Shown one piece after another: positions 1-10,976 of a stretch of 64,000 nucleotides of DNA (positions are counted from its first letter, which is position 1; each line of letters starts with the position of its first letter). The DNA is taken from positions 13,020,001-13,084,000 of the forward strand of contig JBHGNT010000005.1 of the NCBI GenBank assembly GCA_043228905.1, written 5' to 3'. The stretch comes from Azolla caroliniana (taxonomy: Eukaryota; Plantae; Polypodiophyta). Below the pieces are notes generated by a model. The model did no database searches. It was given only the letters and a program-made list of their open reading frames with translations, and had not been told where the DNA came from. The position numbers were made by a program, and so were the translations under genes.

Positions 1-507
1 CGCATATGTAATAGTTACAACGTTTAATTTCCGATAGTCTACGCAAACACGAATTTTTCCATTTTTCTTTGGAACTACGATTATCGGGCTCAACCACGTA
101 GCTTCCTTGACTGGTCGAATGAATCTGGCCTTCAGAACTTTGTCAATTTCTTCTTTTATGCGAGCCACATAATTTGGATTCATTCGGTATCGACGTTACT
201 AAACAGGTTTCACGTCGGTAGGTAAATTGATCTTATGCTGATAGAATTTTGTATCCAATCCCTTCATGTCTTCGTGAGACCATGCGAACACATCTTTATA
301 TTCCTTGAGCTGAGCTAACATCACCTCTTTCTGATCCAGTAGTAAGTCTTTTGCGATGGAGAGTAATCGGGGATCCATTGTCATTCCTACGTTAACTTCT
401 TCCAACGCTGAGGCAATGACTCGTCGTGAAATTTCCATTTCTTTCTCGAACGCGGCCCGTGCTTGGTTTAATTCCATTATCGACTCTGGGTCCGGTTCAT
501 AAGCCTC

Positions 508-791
508 TGTCGAATACATGTGTATAATGGACGTATTCACACTATCCCGTTTTGGCCATTTATGTAATTAGCATAAAGGGTAGTTGCCCTAAGTCGGTCA
601 CTATATATAGTGACCTTGTAACCTTTTTGTAAGGTTGGGTGTTGTATTATTGCTTTATGGAATAAGAAGTCTTTTGTGTCTCTCTCTCTCTCTCTCTCTC
701 TGTGCAACGACCTACAATCTGTCATACGCAGGTGCAGAAAAGAATCCATTGCTTCTTGATCTTCCGCATCGACACGGCCTTGTCTCCAACA
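508..791 (+). repeat. 5' LTR of the Copia element
   Basis: Matches 5672-5953 except for one visible substitution and one CT unit. Confidence 0.95.
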
Positions 792-793
792 TC

Positions 794-805
794 TGGTATC
801 AGAGC
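794..805 (+). promoter_or_regulatory. Primer-binding site (tRNA-iMet)
   Basis: TGGTATCAGAGC 2 nt after the LTR end. Confidence 0.93.
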
Positions 806-1464
806 CTGCACAGTAGTCGGTCCTTCAATCCGCTGTCGGCCGTCGTCTCAGCATTCGGTTTCCTGCGTCATTCGAAGAAGAGAGAAGAAGAAGAAAAAAA
901 CGAGGCTTGCATCTCCTCGCGTTAGATCCTCTTCGCTTAGAGTAAGCCAGCCGGTTGTACTCCGTTCCTTGTGATCGCAACGCTCGAGGTGAAATCCCCT
1001 TGTGCAACATTGACACGATCGCGCTCCACTCGGTTAAACGGCATCCGAAAAGGTCATTAAACGCTGCTCGCCGCTCGTTGTAACCACTCGGTGCAGATCG
1101 GTCTCAAGACAACAACCCCAATTCGCGCTTCATCCGGCTGATCGACATTCGGGAGGATCAGTTGGATCTGTCTCTCTCGTCGCTGCAGCCACCCGAAGCA
1201 GAATCGGTCCAGATAATCGGTTTCAATAATCGGTATTCGGCATATATATCCGAAGCGAACCGGGCTCAGTCCGACTCGGCAACATTCGGGAAGACCAGTC
1301 GGTTCTGTCCCTCAAGTTACCGGAGTCAATTCGAGCAAGTTCCGAAGCCGAACCGACTCGGGTTCAAATCCGACTAGAACGATATCGGGTGAGCCAACCG
1401 GCTGCACTCCAACAAGGTTCGTAGTCAACTCCGAACCGAGCTTCGTCAACCGAAACCGAATTTG

Positions 1465-4400
1465 ATGGCATCAACATCCGGCTCGTCAGAAATGAGTCTA
1501 CGAAAGTTCGATGGATCGAACTTCAACTTCTGGAAGGAGCAAATGCAGGACTATCTCATAGTCAAGGGGCAAATCGATCCCATCGAAAATGAAGAACCTC
1601 CAGAAGGATACAAACCAATTGAGTGGCAGAAGCTGGACAGAATCGTCCGCGCCACGATTCGGATGCACCTATCGGAATCGGTATACTTTACGGTGCAATC
1701 GTGTACGACAGCATTCGAACTGTGGAAAACACTGTCGGACACTTACGAAAAGAAGGTCGCCGCAACGAAGATGTTTCTGATCCGGCGCCTCTACAACTTG
1801 CGGATGAAAGAATCCGATTCGGTTCAAGCACACCTCAATGAGTACGAAAGCATAAGCTCCCAAATCTCGTCACAGGGGACGGCAATCGAGGATGAACTCA
1901 GAGCAATGATACTCATGAGCAGCCTTCCCTCATCATGGGAAACTTTCGTCACAACCGTGTGCAACGCGTCAACCACGGCTGTTAAATACTCCGAAGTCAC
2001 GAGCGCAATCCTGACCGAAGCAGCTCGGAGAAAGTCTTTCGCCAAAGACTCAACAGACGACGCTTACGTAGTACAAGGTTCGACAGACCGATCGAACATA
2101 CGAGGAAGAGATTCCTCACGGCCGCCGAACAATCAGCGAAGACGGAGCCAGTCACGGGATAACCGAATCTGCAACTATTGCAAGAAACCCGGACACATCA
2201 AAGCCGACTGCCGCGCACTCAAGAACAAGAACAACAAGAAGAGTGGCCGGCATGAGGAGATCAATTACGTCAGCTTCTCAGCTGATGTGCTACCAAACGA
2301 CCCGAATATACTATCAATCGAAAATCCAGTCGGATCAGAAGTTCTGCTCACGACTGAAGAATCGAGCACATGGCTCTTAGATTCGGGCGCGTCATTTCAT
2401 GTGACTCCTCATCGATCCCAATTTCGGCAATATACGATCCGTCACTCCGACTCAGTTCGGGTCGGCAACTCACAACACTGTGATATCATCGGAATCGGCA
2501 CAGTAGAGCTTAACCTTGCCGGTGGCTCTACACTTGTACTCCACAATGTCCGACATGTACCCGAGCTCTCAAGGCCATTGATCTCAGTCGGACAACTAGA
2601 TGAAGACGGCATTCGTGCCGGTTTTTCTTCGGGAGGGTGGACACTCCACAGGGGGAACCTCCTGCTTGCTAGAGGACCCAAGATACACTCCCTGTATCCG
2701 TTACATGTTACGCTCAGAGAGGGTAACCTGTTTTTGGTGGATATTCCTATGTCATCACTATGGCACCGAAGATTAGGACACCTCAGCAAGGCCGGCATCA
2801 CGCACCTATCTAGAGCCGGATACATCCCCAAACTCTCCTTCTCGGACCATCAATTCTACGAGCATTGCCAGTATGGCAAACAAGCAGCCGCATCACACCC
2901 GACATCAGCACCAAGAGAAACGAGACCTCTTGATTTGGTCCACTCGGACGTCTGTGGCCCAATGCCGCATCAGTCTCTCGGCGGTGCCTCTTACTTCGTC
3001 ACTTTTATTGACGATTCGACTCGAAAGGTGTGGGCTTATCCAATTCGCACCAAAGATCGGGTCTTCTCGATCTTCACCGATTGGCTCGCTATGGTGGAAA
3101 ATCAAACCGACCGAAAGCTGAAATGCTTTCGGACAGACAATGGGGGAGAGTTTAAATCCGAAGAATTCGTCAAATTCTGCCGACAACGCGGCATCCGACG
3201 TGAATTTACGGCACCACACAGTCCGGAGCAAAACGGGATTGCCGAACGCATGAATCGGACAATCCAAGAACGGACAGTTTCCATGCTCCAACACTCCGGA
3301 CTGTCGGATGGCTTCTGGGCAGAGGCTCTACTCACGGCAGTACACATAATCAATATGTCGCCAAGTAGACCTCTAGGACTTCAAATTCCTCAGGAACTAT
3401 GGATCGGCAGTAAGCCGAATTACGACAAGCTGAGGATCTTCGGATGCGAGGCGTACGCCCTTATTCCGAAAGATGATCGCCGAAAACTTGCACCTCGGTC
3501 CAGGAAATGCATTTTCCTTGGATATGGATCCGACGGCGAAATGGGATACCGACTCTGGGACCCCGAACGCAGACAAATCGTTCGAAGTTCGGACGTTGTG
3601 TTCAACGAGTCGGCTATGAATCCATCAGTCGAAAAACCGATCGAAGTCCGAAGGGTAACATTTTCCGATGTGCCGACCCTTCAAGAAGGCCCCGCTCTTA
3701 ACACACGGTCAGCTTCACGGGTAGCTGAACCTTACACTACCGACTCGGACAACTCCGACTCGGCACAGCCGAATGATTCGCTTTCGGACCATCCGACCTC
3801 GATACCCGATGCGACCAGTCCAATCTTACCTCGACGATCCGAGAGACTGTCGCAACCTCCGGAGAGGTATTCTCTTGGAATTTTCTTCACCGACGCCGGC
3901 GAACCGACGTCTTACGAAGAAGCATCGACATCTGTCGATTCAGCCACCTGGCATCTGGCGATGGAGTCGGAAATGCACTCCATTCGGGCAAACAAGACTT
4001 GGGATCTGGTTGAATTACCCAGGAACCGACGTGCTCTTCCTTACAAGTGGGTTTATCGACTAAAAGAGACGTCTGATTCGACCACCCCAAAGTACAAGGC
4101 CAGATTAGTTGCGAAGGGCTTCCGACAAGAATATGGCGTCGACTTCGACGAGATTTTTTCACCAGTGGTGAAAATGACAACCCTTCGTTTCCTACTCGGC
4201 GTAGTGGCAGCCGACAACTTGGAGCTGATTCAGCTAGATGTCAAAACAGCCTTCCTCCATGGTGATCTTGACGAGGAAATTTATATGGAGCAGCCAAAAG
4301 GCTTCGTGGCGACTGGCCAAGAACATCTAGTCTGCCGACTCAGGAAGAGTCTATACGGCCTCAAACAGGCACCGCGACAATGGTACAAGAAGTTCGACGA

Positions 4401-5478
4401 CTTCATCCAATCGATCGGCTTCTCAAAAAGCGATGAGGACCATTGTCTCTTCACCAACACAGCTCAAGATGGATCACCCATCTTCCTCATCATTTACGTG
4501 GACGACATGCTAATTTCTGGACGCCACGCGGGCGACCTTGCCGATCTCATTCGGCAACTGCGGTTGAAGTTTGCCATGAAGGACCTCGGTCCGGCACGAC
4601 ACATCCTTGGCATGAAGATTAGTCGGCATCGCGATAAACGACATCTTTTTTTGTCTCAGACCGACTATACCCGACGTGTCTTAGAACGCTTCAACATGCA
4701 ATCAGCCAAATCTGCTTCAACCCCGCTCCCCATGAATCTTCGGCTCTCTCAGCGAGACTACCCGACATCCGGTCCGGAGGGGGAAGATATGAAGTCGGTA
4801 CCGTATGCACCGGCAATCGGCTCCCTTATGTACCTGATGGTCGCGACACGGCCTGATATTTCTCACGCCGTAGGAGTCGTTAGCAGATTTATGCACAATC
4901 CTGGCCGATCGCATTGGAACGCAGTCAAACATGTGTTCAGATATCTGGCTGGCACAAAAGACCACGGCATTCTTTTCGGTCCGAACCGAACCTCAGGCGT
5001 AGTCGGTTACACCGACTCGGACTTCGCCGGCTATATAGACAGTCGGAAATCTACAACCGGATACTGCTTCAAATTCGGCAATGGAGCAATCTCGTGGAAG
5101 TCGAAACTTCAGGAGTGCACAGCGACCTCAACGACCGAAGCAGAATATGTAGCTGCGTCCGACGCAGCAAAAGAAGCTTTGTGGCTCGGTCGGCTGGCGC
5201 ACACGTTTCGACAAGTCGACCATGACTCGGCTCCAGTTGTCTACAGCGACAGTCAAGGTGTTGTTGCCTTGTCGAAAAATCCGGTTCACCACAACGCCTC
5301 CAAACATATCGACGTTCGATATCACTTCGTTCGGGACTGCGTCATTTCAGGGAAAATCGGTCTAGAGAAAATATCCACAACCGACAATGTCGCAGATGGA
5401 ATGACCAAATGTCTTTCGGCAGACCGCTTTCGGTCTCTTCGGCATCAGATGGGCGTAACGACAAACCAGTCCGGTTAG
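1465..5478 (+). CDS. Copia gag-pol polyprotein (gag, CCHC knuckle, protease, integrase, RT, RNase H)
   Basis: CNYCKKPGHIKADC, WLLDSGAS, LVHSDVCGP/RTDNGGEF/QNGIAER, QLDVKTAFLHG, YVDDM, YTDSD, KHIDVRYHF; order INT-RT-RH is diagnostic of Copia. Confidence 0.96.
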   Translation: MASTSGSSEMSLRKFDGSNFNFWKEQMQDYLIVKGQIDPIENEEPPEGYKPIEWQKLDRIVRATIRMHLSESVYFTVQSCTTAFELWKTLSDTYEKKVAATKMFLIRRLYNLRMKESDSVQAHLNEYESISSQISSQGTAIEDELRAMILMSSLPSSWETFVTTVCNASTTAVKYSEVTSAILTEAARRKSFAKDSTDDAYVVQGSTDRSNIRGRDSSRPPNNQRRRSQSRDNRICNYCKKPGHIKADCRALKNKNNKKSGRHEEINYVSFSADVLPNDPNILSIENPVGSEVLLTTEESSTWLLDSGASFHVTPHRSQFRQYTIRHSDSVRVGNSQHCDIIGIGTVELNLAGGSTLVLHNVRHVPELSRPLISVGQLDEDGIRAGFSSGGWTLHRGNLLLARGPKIHSLYPLHVTLREGNLFLVDIPMSSLWHRRLGHLSKAGITHLSRAGYIPKLSFSDHQFYEHCQYGKQAAASHPTSAPRETRPLDLVHSDVCGPMPHQSLGGASYFVTFIDDSTRKVWAYPIRTKDRVFSIFTDWLAMVENQTDRKLKCFRTDNGGEFKSEEFVKFCRQRGIRREFTAPHSPEQNGIAERMNRTIQERTVSMLQHSGLSDGFWAEALLTAVHIINMSPSRPLGLQIPQELWIGSKPNYDKLRIFGCEAYALIPKDDRRKLAPRSRKCIFLGYGSDGEMGYRLWDPERRQIVRSSDVVFNESAMNPSVEKPIEVRRVTFSDVPTLQEGPALNTRSASRVAEPYTTDSDNSDSAQPNDSLSDHPTSIPDATSPILPRRSERLSQPPERYSLGIFFTDAGEPTSYEEASTSVDSATWHLAMESEMHSIRANKTWDLVELPRNRRALPYKWVYRLKETSDSTTPKYKARLVAKGFRQEYGVDFDEIFSPVVKMTTLRFLLGVVAADNLELIQLDVKTAFLHGDLDEEIYMEQPKGFVATGQEHLVCRLRKSLYGLKQAPRQWYKKFDDFIQSIGFSKSDEDHCLFTNTAQDGSPIFLIIYVDDMLISGRHAGDLADLIRQLRLKFAMKDLGPARHILGMKISRHRDKRHLFLSQTDYTRRVLERFNMQSAKSASTPLPMNLRLSQRDYPTSGPEGEDMKSVPYAPAIGSLMYLMVATRPDISHAVGVVSRFMHNPGRSHWNAVKHVFRYLAGTKDHGILFGPNRTSGVVGYTDSDFAGYIDSRKSTTGYCFKFGNGAISWKSKLQECTATSTTEAEYVAASDAAKEALWLGRLAHTFRQVDHDSAPVVYSDSQGVVALSKNPVHHNASKHIDVRYHFVRDCVISGKIGLEKISTTDNVADGMTKCLSADRFRSLRHQMGVTTNQSG

Positions 5479-5671
5479 AGCCGGACACAGAGCAGGATGG
5501 TTCCCGACAACCGACATCAGTTCCTTAATGATCGGCTTCAACTGTTCCGACCCGACCAGTTTGGTCTTCTGCCTTCGGACCCTGCCGACTCGAACAAAGC
5601 TGATATGTCCGAGAACCTAAGTCTATACCTGTAATCTTAGATAACCCATGTATACGCCCATTACGGGGGAG

Positions 5672-5953
5672 TGTCGAATACAGGTGTATAATGGACGTAT
5701 TCACACTATCCCGTTTTGGCCATTTATGTAATTAGCATAAAGGGTAGTTGCCCTAAGTCGGTCACTATATATAGTGACCTTGTAACCTTTTTGTAAGGTT
5801 GGGTGTTGTATTATTGCTTTATGGAATAAGAAGTCTTTTGTGTCTCTCTCTCTCTCTCTCTCTGTGCAACGACCTACAATCTGTCATACGCAGGTGCAGA
5901 AAAGAATCCATTGCTTCTTGATCTTCCGCATCGACACGGCCTTGTCTCCAACA
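5672..5953 (+). repeat. 3' LTR of the Copia element
   Basis: Preceded by PPT 5663-5671, followed by TSD GCCTC. Confidence 0.95.
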
Positions 5954-6334
5954 GCCTCTTCGTGAAGTGTAGTGGAAGTAGCGTAATCCACCGCGGTTTC
6001 TATTACGTCAATTTCGAATAGCGGGATGATTCACAGGTGCTCATCCAGGTATGCTTCCAGGTTTGTATCATCCACTACTTCCAGCATATTTATGTCTTCT
6101 GCGTACAATGGTGTCATTCCTTTGGGTTGCACTGTCATTTCTTTTGTGGGTACATGAACTTTGCTGCATCCTCGTCGGAAACTGATACAATTATGTTGCC
6201 AACTATGTTTGATGTTAGCCGAACAAAGCCAAGGTCTGCTAAGCAGTATTGGGTACGCTCCCGGAGCATCAAGTGTGAGGACTACCGCCGAGATGTCAAA
6301 ACAGTGACCGCCGATGACAATGCCTAGTTTCCGG

Positions 6335-7100
6335 TGTCGTGAAGATTTTCGTCCACAAGCGGAAACATTGTCTACATCGGCGGGGTGTAGCGTGTGTACG
6401 CACCTATGTACATTTAGTGTGAATATCGAGGGCGCCTTTATGGCGCCGAAGAGTAGTCAAGTCGGGATAGACGATCCCATGTAAGTCGTGATTTATCCCA
6501 CATTGTAACGCATCCCTCTCCTTGTTCTATAAAAGGAAGGGAACACCCTTTGGGAAAGGGTTGCCCATTTTGCATTAGAGGTTATACCGTTAGGTTTAGA
6601 GTTAGCTTCTTCTTCTTCTTCTTCTCCTTCGTGTTCGCTTAGGGTTTGCTGCAGCTCATCTCCTGTGCAAGACCCCGCTCAGCGCGACGAGCCTGAGAGC
6701 TCCCCGACGGCGGCTTGACAGCAGACGACTGTTGTAAGCTATCTTGGTCCGGCTCGAAGCCGGGAATGTATTCTTCATATATATACATACATATACGTTT
6801 ACGTTTGTCTGTGTATATTCGTGTCGCTGTTGGCGTCGGGTGCTTACCCTCTCCTACGTTTTCTGTACATAAGGCGCGAGTCGAGTTGAGCTGTGTGTAC
6901 GAGTGTGTGGCTGTGCGTGTGTGTGTGTGTGCGTGTGTGCGTGAGTCGGTGTTAATCTCTCTCTCTCCCTTCGGTTGCTTCCGGTGTGTTTCTGGGATGC
7001 CCCGGAAACGGTGAAGCACGACTTCCTACGCTCCATCGCTATCTAGTCCAAGACCCCCGTGGTCCCGCCTTTCTCCACGCACGCGCGTAGCAACGCGACA
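6335..7100 (+). repeat. 5' LTR (766 bp)
   Basis: Direct repeat of 10219-10976 with roughly 20 visible substitutions and a few indels. Confidence 0.92.
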
Positions 7101-7131
7101 TATTTGGTGAACCCGACGTGAAAGGCGGCAA

Positions 7132-7800
7132 TGGAGGATGGAGTCGGAAGACGACGACCTTGCGGAGACGGTGGCTGAAGTGATGTTGGAGTCGGCACGA
7201 GTGGTTATGAGGCGAGAAGCAGCGCAACAAGCGGTTGAGTGAGTGGTCGAAAGAGTCGGCCATTTCAACGGGGACAAAGTCCCATCTTACTTGGAAGCCT
7301 ACAATGCGGAAATGGAGGAGCGTGGCGTAGACGAGGCGTTGAGGCTGGAGTTCTTCTGTCGGGTTGTGGCTGTCCGGATGCATGCAGAAGTAAAGGAGCT
7401 CAGTGAGGCTCATAGTTCGTGGGAGGCCTTCGAAGAGGCGCTCCTGAAAGCATACGGAGGACGGCGGAAGAGCCGGGGACGACACGACTTCGACTAGTGG
7501 GTAGCATCGGCAAAGACCCACCGGGGTGCGACGAAGGCGTTCCGGGAGTTCGAGCGACGACTTGCTCGGCTCCCAGAGCGGGAACAAGGTTTGGTGGGGG
7601 CAGACAAAGTCCTTTTGTTCGTCAGGTCGATCGACCGAGCGGAACGGGAAGCCATCGGGATTGAGCTCGAAGACGATGATGGAGCGAATGGGCTTACGGA
7701 GGACTGGTCGAAGGTCGGAAGGGTGTGCCAAAGGCTAGACAACGAGCGAGCCGAGAAGGCTAAGACGAAGGTACGTGACGGCGTGCCATCATAGCAGGAA
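7132..7800 (+). pseudogene. Degenerate retrotransposon gag-like ORF
   Basis: VGHFNGDKVPSYLEAYNAEM..SWEAFEEALLKAY..REFERRLARL with in-frame stops, directly after the PBS. Confidence 0.65.
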
Positions 7801-10218
7801 GAGGCCGAACGGCAAAGAGAGCCGGCAAGGGTCGGCGTTGGGGCCAGGATTGCGGAGGCATACGCAGCGCTCAAAGCGAGGCTCGAGGAAGAGGGAGGAT
7901 CGAGGCTAGAAGCTGAGCCCGAGGAGACGGACTTGTCCCACGCGACGACGGAAGATCGGTACGACGGTACCACGGGAGAGGGTGCGGAACGAAACGCCCT
8001 CTCGACTTGCAGAGATAGAACGGCCAAGGACGAGGCCGAGATACCGATCGCGGAATCGGAACGTTGGGACCAACGGTTTCGGGCATGTCAGCCCGAGATC
8101 CGGGTCATTGGAGAAGCAAGCCCAGACGGGGCTTGCGCGATCGGTAAGAAAATGACCGTCGACCACGAAGAGTCGGTGGCTATAGACAAGGGCGTAAAAC
8201 GGACGGGCGATTCTTTGTGTCTTCCCACACTTGCTCCCGAGACGATGGCAGTCGGGCCCGAGTGCCCACGTGAGTCCCAAGCGGAGGAAGGCGGCGGCGA
8301 AAGGCCAAGAATCACCGGCGAGACGATATGGGGAAGGAGCGGACGAAAGCCCACGGACCCGATTCCGGAGAACTCGGCAATTTGGCCCGTATGCCCGTGT
8401 AAGACCAAGGAGATGGATGGCGGTACCGGGGAGTCGTGGCACGATGCCAACGAAGACGGATGGGAAAAGGCCTGCGAGGAGGCCGAGGATGGACACGGCA
8501 CGTGGAGATCGGCATTCCGTTACGGGTGAAGCGTGATCCGGTCGTGGGCCGTTCGATCGGGGCCGGATTCGGCATGAAGGGGCCAGTACGGAAGGGGGTG
8601 CGGGACGAGCCGCCCTCTTTTACATGGGGAGAAAGATCGACCGGGCGAAGGTCGAGATTTGGAATGAGAATGAAAGCCGGTCCTATGGGATTCCTTACAC
8701 CGATCTGGTTGCAGGCCCGAGTGCCGGCGTGAGTCCTATAAGGGAGATCGGTGGCGACAAGAGAACGGGACTCGGCAATCTGGGGAAGGACGAACGGACC
8801 CGGACGAGAACCGGGCGGAACGGACTCCCGGATAACCATTCCGGGAGGGAGGAAGAGAGCAGGCCTATGAAGAGGCCGAGGACACGGTACGTTGGTACCA
8901 TGGGAGAGGGTGCGGAGTAAAACGCCCTCTCGGCATGCGGAAAAGGACGACCCGGGACAGGGTCAGGAAGACAAATCGGCGGTCTACGGAGGATCCTTCA
9001 CACCGGTTCTAGAGACTTTGGCAGTCGGCAACGCGGTCGACGTAAGACCAAGATACTGACGGTGGCGGCGAAGGATCCTTCACACCGGTTCTAGAGACTT
9101 CGGCAGTCGGCAACGCAGTCGACGTAAGACTAAGATACTCATGGTGGCGGCGAGGTGACAAAGACAATGGGCGTAAGGAAGTCCGGTCCTACGGGATCCC
9201 CACACCGGTTCCCAAGTCTCCGGTTGTGCTGCCATCGTGGCAATGTAAGACCGAGGGAGAAGGAAGGTGGCGGCAGGAAACGGGACCTGGCTACGCGGGA
9301 GACACGAGGAGAGTCCGGGAGGGACTCAAACAAAAGACACCCGAATTCGGCAAGCATAGAGACGGAGTCTGGTCCTATGGGACCCTCACACTGATCCGGA
9401 GACTTCGGCAGTTCGGCCAATGTGGCAACGTGAGACCGAGGGAGAAGGACGGTGGCGGCAGGGAACGGGACCCGATGACACGAGGTTTCGGAAGGAGCCG
9501 ATAAGGGCAAACACGGAGAGGTTTGTCAGGCCGGAAAGACACACCTTGGACAGAACATGAGTCTCGCAAGTGGCCATCGCGGGCCGGATCGAAGCGTGAC
9601 TACGGGACGGTGCCAAACAACGGGCGAGGGTACATGGCACACGGAGGTGCCGAAGCGGGAAGGCGAGCACGGAGGACGTCGGAAAGGGATCCTCCACACC
9701 GTTCCGGAGACCATGGCGGTTCGAGCCGACGCAGCGATGTAAGACCATGGAGAAGGAAGGTGGCGGTGGAAGGATGGCGCGACGAAACACCAAGATCGAC
9801 AACATAGGCTGAGCGCGATCGGCATGAGCGGAGAGTCGTATCTAGGAAAACGAAGGAGATGCGCGGAGAGCAATGGGGTACACACCCGGAAGGGAAGCAC
9901 GGGCATCGGATACGGCGGGTCGGATGTAGTCGGTGGTTCAAGGACCCACGGTGGACGTGGCAGATCGGTTGGAGGCAACGACTCGGCGAACATCGCCGAG
10001 TGTGGCGGATCGGATGGCGCCGACGGTTCGAGACCATTCGGTGAGGATGGTGGGCCGGAAGGCGGCGGTGGTTCGTGTGAACGGGGTGGTCTTGCTCGAA
10101 GGCCGGGCGGGCCCGCGAGGACGCTAAGGACTCGGTCGGTCGTGGTGGCCGAAAATCTCGTGTTCTCTCCCCTATGTTTTGGCACATACCGGAGGATGTG
10201 CGGTTAGGTGGGGCTGGA

Positions 10219-10976
10219 TGTCGTGAAGATTTTCGTCCACAAGCGGAAACCGGGAAACATTGTCTACATCGGCGGGGTGCAGCGTGTGTACGCACCCATG
10301 TACATTTAGTGTGAATATCGAGGGCGCCTTTATGGCGCCGAAGAGTAGTCAAGTGGGGACAGACGATCCCATGTAAGTCGTGATTTATCCCACATTGTAA
10401 CGCATCCCTCTCCTTGTTCTATAAAAGGAAGGGAACACCCTTTGGGAAAGGGTTGCCCATTTTGCATTCGAGGGTATACCGTTAGGTTTAGAGTTATCTT
10501 CTTCTTCTTCTTCTTCTCCTTCGTGTTCGCTTAGGGTTTGCTGCAGCTCATCTCCTGTGCAAGACCCCGCTCAGCGCGACGAGCCCGAGAGCTCCCCAAC
10601 GGCGGCTTGACAGCAGACGACTGTTGTAAGCTATCTTGGTCTGGCTTGAAGCTGGGAATGTATTCTTCATATATATACATACATATACGTTTATGTTTGT
10701 CTGTGTATATTCGCGTCGCTGTTGGCATCGGGTGCTTACCCTCTCCTGCGTTTTCTGTACATAAGGCGCGAGTCGAGTTGAGCTGTGTGTACGAGTGTGT
10801 GGTTGTGTGTGTGTGCGTGAGTCGGTGTTAATCTCTCTCTCTCCCTTTGGTTGCTTCCGGTGTGTTTCTGGGATGCCCCGGAAACGGTGAAGCACGACTT
10901 CCTACGCTCCATCGGTCTCTAGTCCAAGACCCCCGTGGTCCCTCCTTTCTCCACGCACGCGCGTAGCAACGCGACA
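10219..10976 (+). repeat. 3' LTR
   Basis: Repeat of 6335-7100. Confidence 0.92.

Larger units (their letters stand above)
508..5953 (+). mobile_element. Full-length young Ty1/Copia LTR retrotransposon
   Basis: TG..CA LTRs 508-791 and 5672-5953, 5-bp TSD GCCTC (503-507, 5954-5958), PBS TGGTATCAGAGC, PPT ACGGGGGAG, uninterrupted gag-pol ORF. Confidence 0.97.
6335..10976 (+). mobile_element. Non-autonomous gag-only LTR retroelement with tRNA-Trp PBS
   Basis: LTRs 6335-7100 and 10219-10976 (TGTCG..CGACA), CCGG on both flanks, PBS TGGTGAACCCGACGTG, purine tract AGGTGGGGCTGGA; no pol motifs visible internally. Confidence 0.9.

Noticed and set aside
7039-10352. Long overlapping ORFs on both strands, up to 250 aa
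   Set aside because: They are expected in GC-rich, stop-poor retroelement interior; only the plus-strand gag-like frame has recognisable motifs.
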